From Cyanobacteria bacterium P01_E01_bin.42 (GTDB lineage: Bacteria; Cyanobacteriota; Cyanobacteriia; Cyanobacteriales; Spirulinaceae), in NCBI GenBank assembly GCA_039194995.1, contig JBCCVR010000004.1, positions 18,883 to 82,882 of the forward strand: DNA of 64,000 nt, read 5' to 3'. Every line of letters begins with the position of its first letter. The stretch's first letter is position 1. Below, in pieces: positions 28,467 through 37,618 of the stretch. The position numbers were made by a program, and so were the translations under genes. The notes under the pieces are model-generated. The model searched no databases, was not told where the DNA came from, and was given only the letters and a program-made list of their open reading frames with translations.

Positions 28467-30992
28467 ATGACATCTAACCGTCAAAAAAACTCGCGCCGGA
28501 ATTTTCTCAAGGATATGGCCGTAGGTGCGGCTGCTGTAACAGGGGCAGATCTCCTCAAAAATCAGAAGCCCGTTGAGGCTTCCAGCGATGGTGTTTATCC
28601 AGCTAAGCCCGTCGATAATGCCCAACCCCAAGAATTTGATTTTACCCAGCAGTCCGGGGCATTGCAGCCCGATCGCATTGTCAATAGTGCCTGTCAGTTC
28701 TGTAATAGTTTGTGTCGCTTAAAAGTTCACCTTAAAGATGGGCGCATCATCGACGTGACCGGGGAATCCGAGGATCCGGTGCAGGCGGGGGGATTTTGCG
28801 TTAAAGGTCCCATGATGACCCAATTGGTTTACAATCGCTTCCGTCTGACTCGTCCCCTTAAACGAGTCGGGGGGGCAAAGGGGTCTTCAGACTCCAAGTT
28901 TGAGCCGATTAGTTGGGATGAAGCCTTAGAAACGATCGCCCGCAAATTTTTAGCCCTGCGAGATACCGGGGAGGCTCGGGCGATCGCCAACAAAACCTCC
29001 GGTCGCCTGCCACGAGGGACGGGATCTCTGGTGGGGCGCTACTTTACCTTATTGGGCAGTCCCAACAACACGGATGTGGGGCCAGTCTGTAACGATGCGG
29101 GGGCCAATGCCTTAACCTGGACTTTTGGCATGGGCAATTTTACCAATGGCTACGGTGTCGATCGCAATATCGGTCAAGAAGACTTAGGATCGGCCAAATG
29201 TTTTCTATTTCTAGGCACCAATCAGGCAGAAACCCATCCGGTCACGTTTGCCTATCTCCTCAGAAGTCGTGCGAAAACCAATGCAAAGTTAATCGTCATC
29301 GATCCCCGCTTAACCCCCACAGGAGCCGAGGCGGATGAGTGGCTTGCCCCCAAACCCCATACGGATTTAGCCTTGGTTCTGGGGATGCTCCATCACATTG
29401 TCAGCAATAACCTGTACGATGCGGAATTCGTACGGCAATGGGTGCTAGGCTTTGAAGAACTCAAGGCGCATCTATTGGAAAACGAGTATACCCCCGAATG
29501 GGCGGCAACCATTGCCGACGTACCCGCCGATCGCATCCGCGATATTGCCACGACCTATGCCACCGCCAAACCCGCCGCTATCTTCTGCAATGCGGGCATT
29601 TCCCACCAGTTGGGGGCATTCGATACCTACCGCGCTCTGTCCTTCCTCGCGGCGATTACGGGCAATATCGGCGTTTCTGGTGGGGGTTGCAACTTCATGC
29701 ACAACACTTGGCCTGGCGGACTGAACTTACCTCCCATGACCGCCACTGTACCCGAAAAACCCGTCGCGTTGCCCGTGGGCCCGGATTACTTTGCCGAGTC
29801 GATTTTGACTGAGAAACCTTATGGGTTGAAGGCGATCGTGACCCAAGGAAACCCCCTCGTTGCCTGCGCCAATAACAAAAAAGTGCAAACCGCCTATCAG
29901 CAACTCGACTTTTATGTTTACACCGGATTGTTTATGGAAGAGTCGGCCTATTATGCCGATATTATTCTCCCCGTGACCAGTGGCTTTGAGATGGAAACGG
30001 TCTATATGCGCCGGGACGATCGCGCCATTCGCTGGCAAAAGCAAGTAGTTTCCCCAGTAGGGGAGTCCAAACCCGATTGGCACATCTGGATCGATCTGGC
30101 TCATGCAACGGCGAAACTGGATCGGCAAAACCCCCCAGAATACTGGACGGAGCATTTTCCCCTCGCTTGGAAAGATTATGGCAACCTGTGGGCGACTTTC
30201 GTGGAAAATACTCCCAGTATGGGAGGCATGACCCAAGCGCGCATGGAACGGAGTGCAGAACCCTTACAATATCCTTGCCCCTCCCCCGATCGCCCCGCAG
30301 TCAGTACCCTCTATCTCGATCATCTCTCTTGGTATCAAGCGGTGGAGTCCCTCGATCCCAATCAAAAGGGCAAACGGTTTTTAACCCCCAGTGGCAAAGT
30401 CGAGATTTACACCGCCGAACTCGAAGCGCAGTTAAGCACGGTCGGTCACAGTGCCTTACCTCGTTTTTACACCCATCCGGAGGTCACGGGGGGACACCCT
30501 TCTATCGAATATAGTCGCGAATTGGTGCAAAATCCCGTCAATCCTCAAGCCCTAACCCTTAAAGCCAGCCTCGGCAAACCCGCATCGGAAGTCATACACG
30601 AAGAATATCCCCTCATGGGCATGACAGGCCGGCCAAGTGTGGTACATTTTCACTCCGTGACCCAGTGGACTTATACGGGCAAGCAAATGAATGGCATCCG
30701 GCTGATTCAAATTCACCCCGAAACCGCCCGCGCCGCAGGGATTAATCAAGGCGATCGCATCAGGGTGGAGAGCCCGAGGGGAGCGATCGAGGGCACGGCT
30801 TTGCTCTGGGAACAGATTCGCAAGGACACGATTTTTATCCCGAACTGGTTCGGTCCCAAACAAGAAGTCGCTTTAGAGTTGGGCACCCCTCTCTACGAAC
30901 CAGCTAGCGTGTTAATTGACGATCGCTACTACGATAATCTATCCGGTCAGCAAGCCTACAAATGCTTTGCCTGCCGCGTCGAAAAAGTCTAA
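28467..30992 (+). CDS. Tat-exported molybdopterin (Mo-bisPGD) oxidoreductase, Nap/Nas-like catalytic subunit
   Basis: Twin-arginine signal SRRNFLKDMAVGAAAVTGA. N-terminal [4Fe-4S] motif CQFCNSLC...C. LGTNQAETHP motif. Candidate Mo-ligand Cys in PVCNDAGANALTWTFGMG, resembling NapA/NarB. C-terminal MoCo-dinucleotide-binding region. Confidence 0.85.
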   Translation: MTSNRQKNSRRNFLKDMAVGAAAVTGADLLKNQKPVEASSDGVYPAKPVDNAQPQEFDFTQQSGALQPDRIVNSACQFCNSLCRLKVHLKDGRIIDVTGESEDPVQAGGFCVKGPMMTQLVYNRFRLTRPLKRVGGAKGSSDSKFEPISWDEALETIARKFLALRDTGEARAIANKTSGRLPRGTGSLVGRYFTLLGSPNNTDVGPVCNDAGANALTWTFGMGNFTNGYGVDRNIGQEDLGSAKCFLFLGTNQAETHPVTFAYLLRSRAKTNAKLIVIDPRLTPTGAEADEWLAPKPHTDLALVLGMLHHIVSNNLYDAEFVRQWVLGFEELKAHLLENEYTPEWAATIADVPADRIRDIATTYATAKPAAIFCNAGISHQLGAFDTYRALSFLAAITGNIGVSGGGCNFMHNTWPGGLNLPPMTATVPEKPVALPVGPDYFAESILTEKPYGLKAIVTQGNPLVACANNKKVQTAYQQLDFYVYTGLFMEESAYYADIILPVTSGFEMETVYMRRDDRAIRWQKQVVSPVGESKPDWHIWIDLAHATAKLDRQNPPEYWTEHFPLAWKDYGNLWATFVENTPSMGGMTQARMERSAEPLQYPCPSPDRPAVSTLYLDHLSWYQAVESLDPNQKGKRFLTPSGKVEIYTAELEAQLSTVGHSALPRFYTHPEVTGGHPSIEYSRELVQNPVNPQALTLKASLGKPASEVIHEEYPLMGMTGRPSVVHFHSVTQWTYTGKQMNGIRLIQIHPETARAAGINQGDRIRVESPRGAIEGTALLWEQIRKDTIFIPNWFGPKQEVALELGTPLYEPASVLIDDRYYDNLSGQQAYKCFACRVEKV

Positions 30993-31037
30993 CAATTCTA
31001 GGGGGTGTGTTATTAATGCACCCTACAAAATTTGCGA

Positions 31038-32618
31038 TTATTTCTCCTCGGTACTCTTTCCCGATACCCCGCGAATGATGCGCGAAAGTTCCGTTTTTTC
31101 GTCCACGCTAATGCGCGTTGGCGAACCGCTAATAATGCCCTCGTAATTGCGGAAGGAATCTTTAATATCGGGACCTTCGGAACTGATGGTATATTCGCGA
31201 ATACCTTTATCATGCCAAGAACCGCGCATTTTAAAGACATTAATTGCCCTCGACATTTCCCCACGAATCTCTACATATTGTAACATAATAATGGTATCGG
31301 TAATCGTGGAAATATGAGACTCGGTAATCGAATTCGATCCCATAAATTGATCCGTTGTATTGGTGAAAAAGCCCGTAATTTCTTCTTGCTTGGCATATCC
31401 CGTTACCCCAATTACAAACTGTCGAAAAGCATTATTCGTCACACCTCGCGCCATTGCTGACAAAGAATCGATCGCAATCCGAGACGGTTTAAACTCTTCA
31501 ATCTCCGATTTTATCATCTGTAAGTGATCTTCCAATCCCGCCGATTCGGGATAGGTACAGAGCAGTTTTAACAATCCTCTCTGCTCCATTTCTTCAAAAT
31601 TAACCCCCCAAGAATTGGCATTACGAGATAGTTGAGCGCGAGACTCTTCATAAGCAAATAAAATCGCTCGTTCTCCTTGCCTACAGCCTTCTTGAAGAAA
31701 CTTACTCACCAATAGCGTTTTCCCCGTTCCCGTCGCACCTGTTGCCAAGATAATAGAATCTTTAAAGAACCCGCCGCCGCACATTTCATCCAAAGTTTTA
31801 ACCCCCGAAGATATGCGAACGTTAGAGGAACGCTGAGTTAAACGCATTGCTCCCAAGGGGAAGATATTAATCCCGTCGTTGGTAATCGTAAAAGGATATT
31901 CTCCTTTCATATGGGTCGTTCCCCGCAGCTTTAGAATTTCAATCGTTCGCCTGCGTCGTTCCCCTTCAATTACATTTCGTAAAATAATGACATTATCGGA
32001 GACGAATTCTTCTACCCCGAAACGTGCCACTGGACCGTATTCATCGATTCGTTCCGTGGTCATAATCGACGTTACGCCAATTTGCTTGAGCCGCGCGACG
32101 AGGCGAAAAATTTCCCGTCTCACCACCGATGCGCCTTCATATTGTTGAAAAACCGCCGTAACCGAATCAATCGAAACCCGTTTGGCTTTGTATTTTTTAA
32201 TAGCGTATTGAATGCGTTCGATTAATGCTGAAAGATCGAAATTGCCAACGACTTCTTGACCTTCAGGATCGGGAGACGCATCGAGAATGAAGAGTTTACC
32301 GCGATCGACCAGTTCTTGCAATTCCCAACCGAAACTGCAAGCATTGGTAATAATATCTTGGGGGGACTCTTCAAAGGTCACAAAAATTCCCGCTTCCCCA
32401 AATTGTTCGATCCCGTTATAGAGGAACTGTGTTGCGAGTAAAGTTTTTCCCGTCCCTGACGTTCCGCTTGCTAAAGTCGTTCTCCCGACGGGCATTCCAC
32501 CATGGCTGATTTCGTCAAATCCTTCGATCATCGTCCGGATTTTTCGAACCCCTTTGAGATTGGTTTGACCGTTGGCTTGTTCGTTAGGATTTGCTTGATT
32601 CATTGACGAGTTTTCCAA
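31038..32618 (-). CDS. kaiC: circadian clock protein KaiC
   Basis: Duplicated RecA-like domains with Walker A GTSGTGKT and GATGTGKT; IRTMIEGFDEISHGG; 526 aa. Confidence 0.95.
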   Translation of the reverse strand: MENSSMNQANPNEQANGQTNLKGVRKIRTMIEGFDEISHGGMPVGRTTLASGTSGTGKTLLATQFLYNGIEQFGEAGIFVTFEESPQDIITNACSFGWELQELVDRGKLFILDASPDPEGQEVVGNFDLSALIERIQYAIKKYKAKRVSIDSVTAVFQQYEGASVVRREIFRLVARLKQIGVTSIMTTERIDEYGPVARFGVEEFVSDNVIILRNVIEGERRRRTIEILKLRGTTHMKGEYPFTITNDGINIFPLGAMRLTQRSSNVRISSGVKTLDEMCGGGFFKDSIILATGATGTGKTLLVSKFLQEGCRQGERAILFAYEESRAQLSRNANSWGVNFEEMEQRGLLKLLCTYPESAGLEDHLQMIKSEIEEFKPSRIAIDSLSAMARGVTNNAFRQFVIGVTGYAKQEEITGFFTNTTDQFMGSNSITESHISTITDTIIMLQYVEIRGEMSRAINVFKMRGSWHDKGIREYTISSEGPDIKDSFRNYEGIISGSPTRISVDEKTELSRIIRGVSGKSTEEK

Positions 32619-32689
32619 AAAATAAATTTACTAAATGCAGTTTTAAAGAATGAATTAAAAAGAAAAATCAAAAAAATTTTGGACTTGGG

Positions 32690-32992
32690 TTAGGCTTCCG
32701 AGATTTCCTCGTAGAGTAGATCTAGACCGATCAAAACTTTTTCGCGATCGGAAAGATCTCCTATAATTTTCCGCACGGGAGGGGGCAATACTTTAGAGAG
32801 GGTCGGCGTGGCTAAGATTTTATCTTCTTCGGCAAGTTGGGGATTTTTGAGAACGTCAATGACTTTGAGGGCGTAAACTCCTTGAAAATCTTGCTCCAGA
32901 ATTGTTTTTAAGGTTTTTAAAGCTCTAGCAGAGTTGGGGGTATTTCCGGCAACATAGAGCTTAAGCACATACGTTTTTTTCGAGAGACTCAT
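32690..32992 (-). CDS. kaiB: circadian clock protein KaiB
   Basis: [22 protein letters not shown] signature; 100 aa. Confidence 0.9.
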   Translation of the reverse strand: MSLSKKTYVLKLYVAGNTPNSARALKTLKTILEQDFQGVYALKVIDVLKNPQLAEEDKILATPTLSKVLPPPVRKIIGDLSDREKVLIGLDLLYEEISEA

Positions 32993-33053
32993 AGATTGAT
33001 AAGGAATGAGGGGTTAACAGCAATAAACTAGCAGCTTAACGTACCTTAAGATT

Positions 33054-34040
33054 TTATTCCCTTGTTGCAAAGACTTCAAAGGGAATGTCTTCTCGGGGAA
33101 TCGATCGCCGATACATCTCGCATAAATGGGCAATAATGTCAATCAACACGAGGCGATAATCGAGTAAAATTTCCTCACTGCGCCCCTCGAGTTTCAACTG
33201 TTGGGCGAATTCGTCCACGAGTTCCATATGAATCTCTAAAATTTGGGACACTGAGAGATCGGCAAAAAAGGCACGATTGACCAATTGATCTAACAGAGGA
33301 TTGAGGGGATAGTTGGAAACGAAGTAATTCAAAAATATCTCGCTATAGTCTTTTTTTAGCTCTCGCAATAAGGATTTTTGCCCTTGGGGAGATAAGTTTC
33401 GCAAAAAGTCTTGGGGGTTGCGCTTGTAATAAATTCCCAAGTACCCGAGGCGCTCTTTGAGTTTCTCAGCCAAACGACGTTGTTGCAGGAGGAGGAAATT
33501 CTGCTTGCTCTGCGCCTTAGCCCATGCTAACGTGTCGGCTGATGTCTCGAGATCGCTAGCGGGGGCGAGTTTGAGAAAATTGGCGATCGCGCGCTCGATC
33601 GCCGTGGGAATTTGCTCGAGATGCTTCCCCAACAGTAAAACTTCTCCGGTATGGTAGAGATAATTGGCGGCTTCTGGGGCTGTATGGGGAAAAGTTTCGG
33701 AAAACTGTTCGCTCTTAATTTCGTCGGTTTTGGGATTGGTATTTTGTGAATTGGTCGGCTCGATAATGACGATCGGCAGCAAAATGCCGCGATGGTAGAG
33801 GGTATCGAGCACCTCTAGCTCGGATGAAATATTCTGCAAAATCAGGCAGTCAATCCGTTCTTTATCGCGTTCTACCAGAGCGAGAAAATCATCTTGGCTG
33901 CTTCTCTGTTCGTAAATGTAGCGATCGCTGCCTAATAAATTCTTCAGCGATCGGCACAAACCCTCAGTTTTAGCATAAATGCAAATAAATAATTGAGGAT
34001 CTGAGGCAGTAGAAAGGGAAGATGTCTCGCTTGTCATCAA
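33054..34040 (-). CDS. kaiA: circadian clock protein KaiA
   Basis: N-terminal pseudo-receiver (ICIYAK...DRY...IDCLIL) and C-terminal KaiA-type helical domain, in conserved kaiA-kaiB-kaiC order. Confidence 0.75.
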   Translation of the reverse strand: MMTSETSSLSTASDPQLFICIYAKTEGLCRSLKNLLGSDRYIYEQRSSQDDFLALVERDKERIDCLILQNISSELEVLDTLYHRGILLPIVIIEPTNSQNTNPKTDEIKSEQFSETFPHTAPEAANYLYHTGEVLLLGKHLEQIPTAIERAIANFLKLAPASDLETSADTLAWAKAQSKQNFLLLQQRRLAEKLKERLGYLGIYYKRNPQDFLRNLSPQGQKSLLRELKKDYSEIFLNYFVSNYPLNPLLDQLVNRAFFADLSVSQILEIHMELVDEFAQQLKLEGRSEEILLDYRLVLIDIIAHLCEMYRRSIPREDIPFEVFATRE

Positions 34041-34362
34041 TCGTAAACCTTAGCCAACCATTTGCTCTTGCTGTTTTTCTGTCTAATCTTAAAATAATAT
34101 AAAATTTGTTGGCGATCTTGTCACGATCGCCAATGTAAAAGTTTTTGGTAAAGTTTTTGGTCATTCTGGCGATCGCACTTGTTGAGGCAGACTAAGAAAT
34201 GTAATTAATTGTAATCTTCTTTCCGGAAAATTAGCTCGAAAGGCAATAATAAAATTGGGACTCTGATAGACCTGGAACGCAAAATCTCAAAATTTTACCC
34301 ATTCCCCATAGTCGGCCCCAACTCCGAGGGCATCCCGATCGCGAGGCATTATATTTTTAACG

Positions 34363-37300
34363 TTGCGACTCATGCCCAGCTTACCGCGCACCTTGCAACA
34401 ATTTATTCGTCCCGTTCCCGTTTGCGAACCGACCGCAGACCCAGATACGCTGCTACAAATTTTTCGAGACAATCAAGCCGAGGAGATCGCGGTTTTAAGC
34501 GATCGAGGCTATCCCCTAGGAATTATTCGTCTATCGCGCCTGCTCGCCCGAGGGAATATTGCTTGTCACAGTCGTCCGAGTGGGGATGGGGAAATTCTCT
34601 TCAAATTGGGGGCGGTAGAAAGTACGAGGGAGACGGCACGACAGCAGAAACCATTGCCTCACGGTCTTTTCCCTTTAGCCGTTTCTGAAGAAACTTCGAG
34701 CCCCCACGCGGAAAAAAATAATTTACCCGATCTGATCGAACCCATTCTCGTCCTTCCTTCAACAGCGAGCATTGAAGAAGCCAGCTCCCGCCTGCGAAGA
34801 CAAGGTTGGGGAGATGAGAAGCAATATTGCGCCCTTATTGATGAATCGGGTCAATTTCAAGGCTTGTTAGATGTTTGGCGACTTCTATCGGTGGTACTGC
34901 CCGAACTTCCCATTCTCGATGCCACGACCCTAGAATCTCTGCTGAACTTATTAGAACAATTGCCCATTCCGCTAATGTTACAGGGGGAACGAGGGCAGGT
35001 CATCCAACAAAATTCAACTTGGCAAAGGCAAATCGGTCGGGGAGTGGCAGGAGGGGGCGATCTCGATACGAACGAATACACAAAAGAATATACGAAAGAA
35101 TTTTTGCCATTTCCTCGCTACGATGGTGAAAACCTGTGGGAAACCGTCCCCCCCAATTGGAAAATTGGTTTGGATCCAGAGGTCGTTCTCGATCGCTGGT
35201 GTAATTTTATTGCCGAACGGGGGGATGAAGAAGAGCGGGATACAGAACGGGATACAGAGCGGGATACAGAGCGGGATACGGAAGGCGAGCGGCAATTTAC
35301 ATCAACCAATTCAGAGCTTGCCCAAAAAGCCAATCGCGTTTGGCAATTTGTTAAACTTCCCCTGAGAATCTATTCCCAACCGACCTCCCAACTGCCTACC
35401 TCCCTTTGGCTCGTCCTTGCCACGGATGTTACCGAACAGCGCCAACTGTGCAAAGAACTGACGGCAAAAAATGCCGATCTCGTCCAGTTAAATCGCCTCA
35501 AAGACGAGTTTTTGGCTTGTATTTCTCACGAACTGAAAACCCCCCTAACGGCAGTTTTAGGTCTTTCCAGCCTACTTAAAGATAACAAGCTGGGAGAACT
35601 CAACAAGCGTCAGTCCCGCTACGCTCAACTCATTTATCAGAGCGGACAGCAATTGATGGGCGTGGTTAACGATATTCTCGACCTGACGCGCATTGAAACG
35701 GGACAGTTAAAGCTGAATCTCGAATCCGTGAATTTAAACGATGTTTGCGATCGCGCCTACCAGCAAGCACGACAGCAATTATTTTCCGCTCGGGGCAAAG
35801 AGCCTCAAAACATTCCTAACATTGACTTTTCCTTAACCATTGCGCCGGAATTAGAAACGATGGTGGCGGATGAGTTACGCTTGCGGCAAATGCTCGTACA
35901 CCTGTTGGAAAATGCCCTCAAATTTACTCCCAGCGGCGGCAAAATCGGCTTGCACGTCGATCGCTGGCAGGGTTGGATCGATTTTACCGTCTGGGATACG
36001 GGCATCGGCATTCCCGAATCCGCCCAGCATCTCATCTTCCAAAAATTTCAACAATTGGAAAGTCCCTTAACCCGTCAATTTGAAGGGACGGGATTGGGAC
36101 TGGTTCTCACGCAACGTCTCGCTCGCGCTCACGGTGGCGATATCTCTTTTACCTCCAAAGTAGGATGGGGGAGTAAGTTCACCTTACTTTTACCACCCGC
36201 TCCACCAGACCGAGAAACTCGTCGCGATCGCGAGAAGGCGATGCCAGAACCCAATCGCCTCATTCTGATTGTAGAAGCCGTTCCGCAATATATCGAACGC
36301 ATTATCGGGCAGTTACAAAAGTTGGGCTATCGCGGCATTGTCGCTCGCTCCGGTACGGAAGCCCTCGAACAAGCCCGGCAAATTCAACCTCGGGCGATCT
36401 TTCTCAATCCTCTTTTACCCCTCCTTTCAGGCTGGGATGTTTTGACCTTACTCAAAGCCGATAGCAATACGAAGGATATTCCCGTGATTATGACCGCGAC
36501 GCAGGCGGATAAACGTCAGGCTCAACAAAATGGTGCCGATGGTTTTTTAAGTTTGCCCGTCCGATTTCCGGCTTTACAAGATAGTTTATCCCGTTTAAAA
36601 ACCGCACCCCCACCAACGCGGAAGAACCTGACGATTTTGCACTTACACCCTTGGTCTCTGCGAGAGGGAGAAAATCGGACAACGCAAATTTTTCGCGATC
36701 GCGTTTTAACCTTAAATTATCGGATTTTAGAAGCCAGCGATATTGAACAAGCGGAAATTCTCGCCAAGGTTTGGAAACCCGATGTTTTGTTACTCAATGG
36801 CAGCAAAATTGAAGATCCCGACGGGTATTTGCAAGCATTGGGTGCGATCGATTCTCTTTCTCGCCTGCCCATTATTACACTCGATGCGGCCATTACCGAA
36901 TCTGCTAATAAAATTACTGGATTATCGGTCTTTCCTTGTTTAATTCCCATTACCGAACAGAGTATTGTGGCGCTCTTGCAAGTCATTCAGGTAGCAGCCG
37001 GGGTCAGCCAGCAAGCCAATATTCTCATCATTGAAGCGGGTAATGAATGCCATCAACTCCCGCCGGATCTTGATGAAACTTCAGAGACTCAACCCCACGC
37101 AGGAATTGATTTTACTCATGCTTTAACCCAATATTTGCAAACTGCCGGACTGCGAAGTTTATTGGCAAAATCTTGGGCAGAAGTCTACAGTCAAATCCAA
37201 CATCACAGCGTTGATTTACTGATTATCAATTTGGGAGAAGTTCGAGATATCGAATGTTGGTTAGACGGGGTGCAAAACTTAGACAATCTTACCGCCCATC

Positions 37301-37452
37301 CGCCAATTTTAGTCCTCGAACATAATTCCTTAGTCGGGACGGGGAATCGCGAGTTAGATGAGTTATTAGATCGGTTGGCAACGAAAACAATTGTTGATGA
37401 TGCGCAGTTAATGCCCGAGCTTTTGACGCAGATCAATCAAATGTTGATTTAG
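34363..37452 (+). CDS. multidomain sensor histidine kinase (CBS-like N-terminus, HisKA/HATPase core, C-terminal pseudo-receiver/receiver-like domains)
   Basis: H-box ISHELKTPL; N, G1, G2 boxes (LLENALKFT, DTGIGIP, GTGLGL). Receiver-fold segment with Asn in place of the phospho-Asp (IFLNPLLP). (ERDT)x4 coding repeat. Confidence 0.8.
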   Translation: MRLMPSLPRTLQQFIRPVPVCEPTADPDTLLQIFRDNQAEEIAVLSDRGYPLGIIRLSRLLARGNIACHSRPSGDGEILFKLGAVESTRETARQQKPLPHGLFPLAVSEETSSPHAEKNNLPDLIEPILVLPSTASIEEASSRLRRQGWGDEKQYCALIDESGQFQGLLDVWRLLSVVLPELPILDATTLESLLNLLEQLPIPLMLQGERGQVIQQNSTWQRQIGRGVAGGGDLDTNEYTKEYTKEFLPFPRYDGENLWETVPPNWKIGLDPEVVLDRWCNFIAERGDEEERDTERDTERDTERDTEGERQFTSTNSELAQKANRVWQFVKLPLRIYSQPTSQLPTSLWLVLATDVTEQRQLCKELTAKNADLVQLNRLKDEFLACISHELKTPLTAVLGLSSLLKDNKLGELNKRQSRYAQLIYQSGQQLMGVVNDILDLTRIETGQLKLNLESVNLNDVCDRAYQQARQQLFSARGKEPQNIPNIDFSLTIAPELETMVADELRLRQMLVHLLENALKFTPSGGKIGLHVDRWQGWIDFTVWDTGIGIPESAQHLIFQKFQQLESPLTRQFEGTGLGLVLTQRLARAHGGDISFTSKVGWGSKFTLLLPPAPPDRETRRDREKAMPEPNRLILIVEAVPQYIERIIGQLQKLGYRGIVARSGTEALEQARQIQPRAIFLNPLLPLLSGWDVLTLLKADSNTKDIPVIMTATQADKRQAQQNGADGFLSLPVRFPALQDSLSRLKTAPPPTRKNLTILHLHPWSLREGENRTTQIFRDRVLTLNYRILEASDIEQAEILAKVWKPDVLLLNGSKIEDPDGYLQALGAIDSLSRLPIITLDAAITESANKITGLSVFPCLIPITEQSIVALLQVIQVAAGVSQQANILIIEAGNECHQLPPDLDETSETQPHAGIDFTHALTQYLQTAGLRSLLAKSWAEVYSQIQHHSVDLLIINLGEVRDIECWLDGVQNLDNLTAHPPILVLEHNSLVGTGNRELDELLDRLATKTIVDDAQLMPELLTQINQMLI
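35233..35280 (+). repeat. four tandem 12-bp units GA(G/A)CGGGATAC(A/G) encoding (ERDT)x4 inside the histidine kinase gene
   Basis: Seen directly in sequence and translation. Confidence 0.8.
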
Positions 37453-37618
37453 CGATCGGTGGGAGATGAACTGTAGAGAGCGTGGAAAGAAGAAGGAGAC
37501 CGGATATTTTTAACAGGCTTAATCTTGATTGCAAATCATACGGTTTAACTTCTCTACCAGCAAGAAAAAATCAAAGTGATTACAATCAAAAAAGAGCGCA
37601 CTTCACTCCCGAAAAATC

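Noticed and set aside
29452-30863. Multiple ORFs of 75-170 aa on both strands within the molybdoenzyme gene
   Set aside because: GC-rich gene generates long spurious alternative frames. The sense frame has Tat signal, FeS and MoCo motifs throughout.
30993-31037. Weak hairpin (GGGTG-n11-CACCC) between convergent molybdoenzyme and kaiC 3' ends as a terminator
   Set aside because: Only a 5-bp stem with mismatch-prone flanks; insufficient to call.
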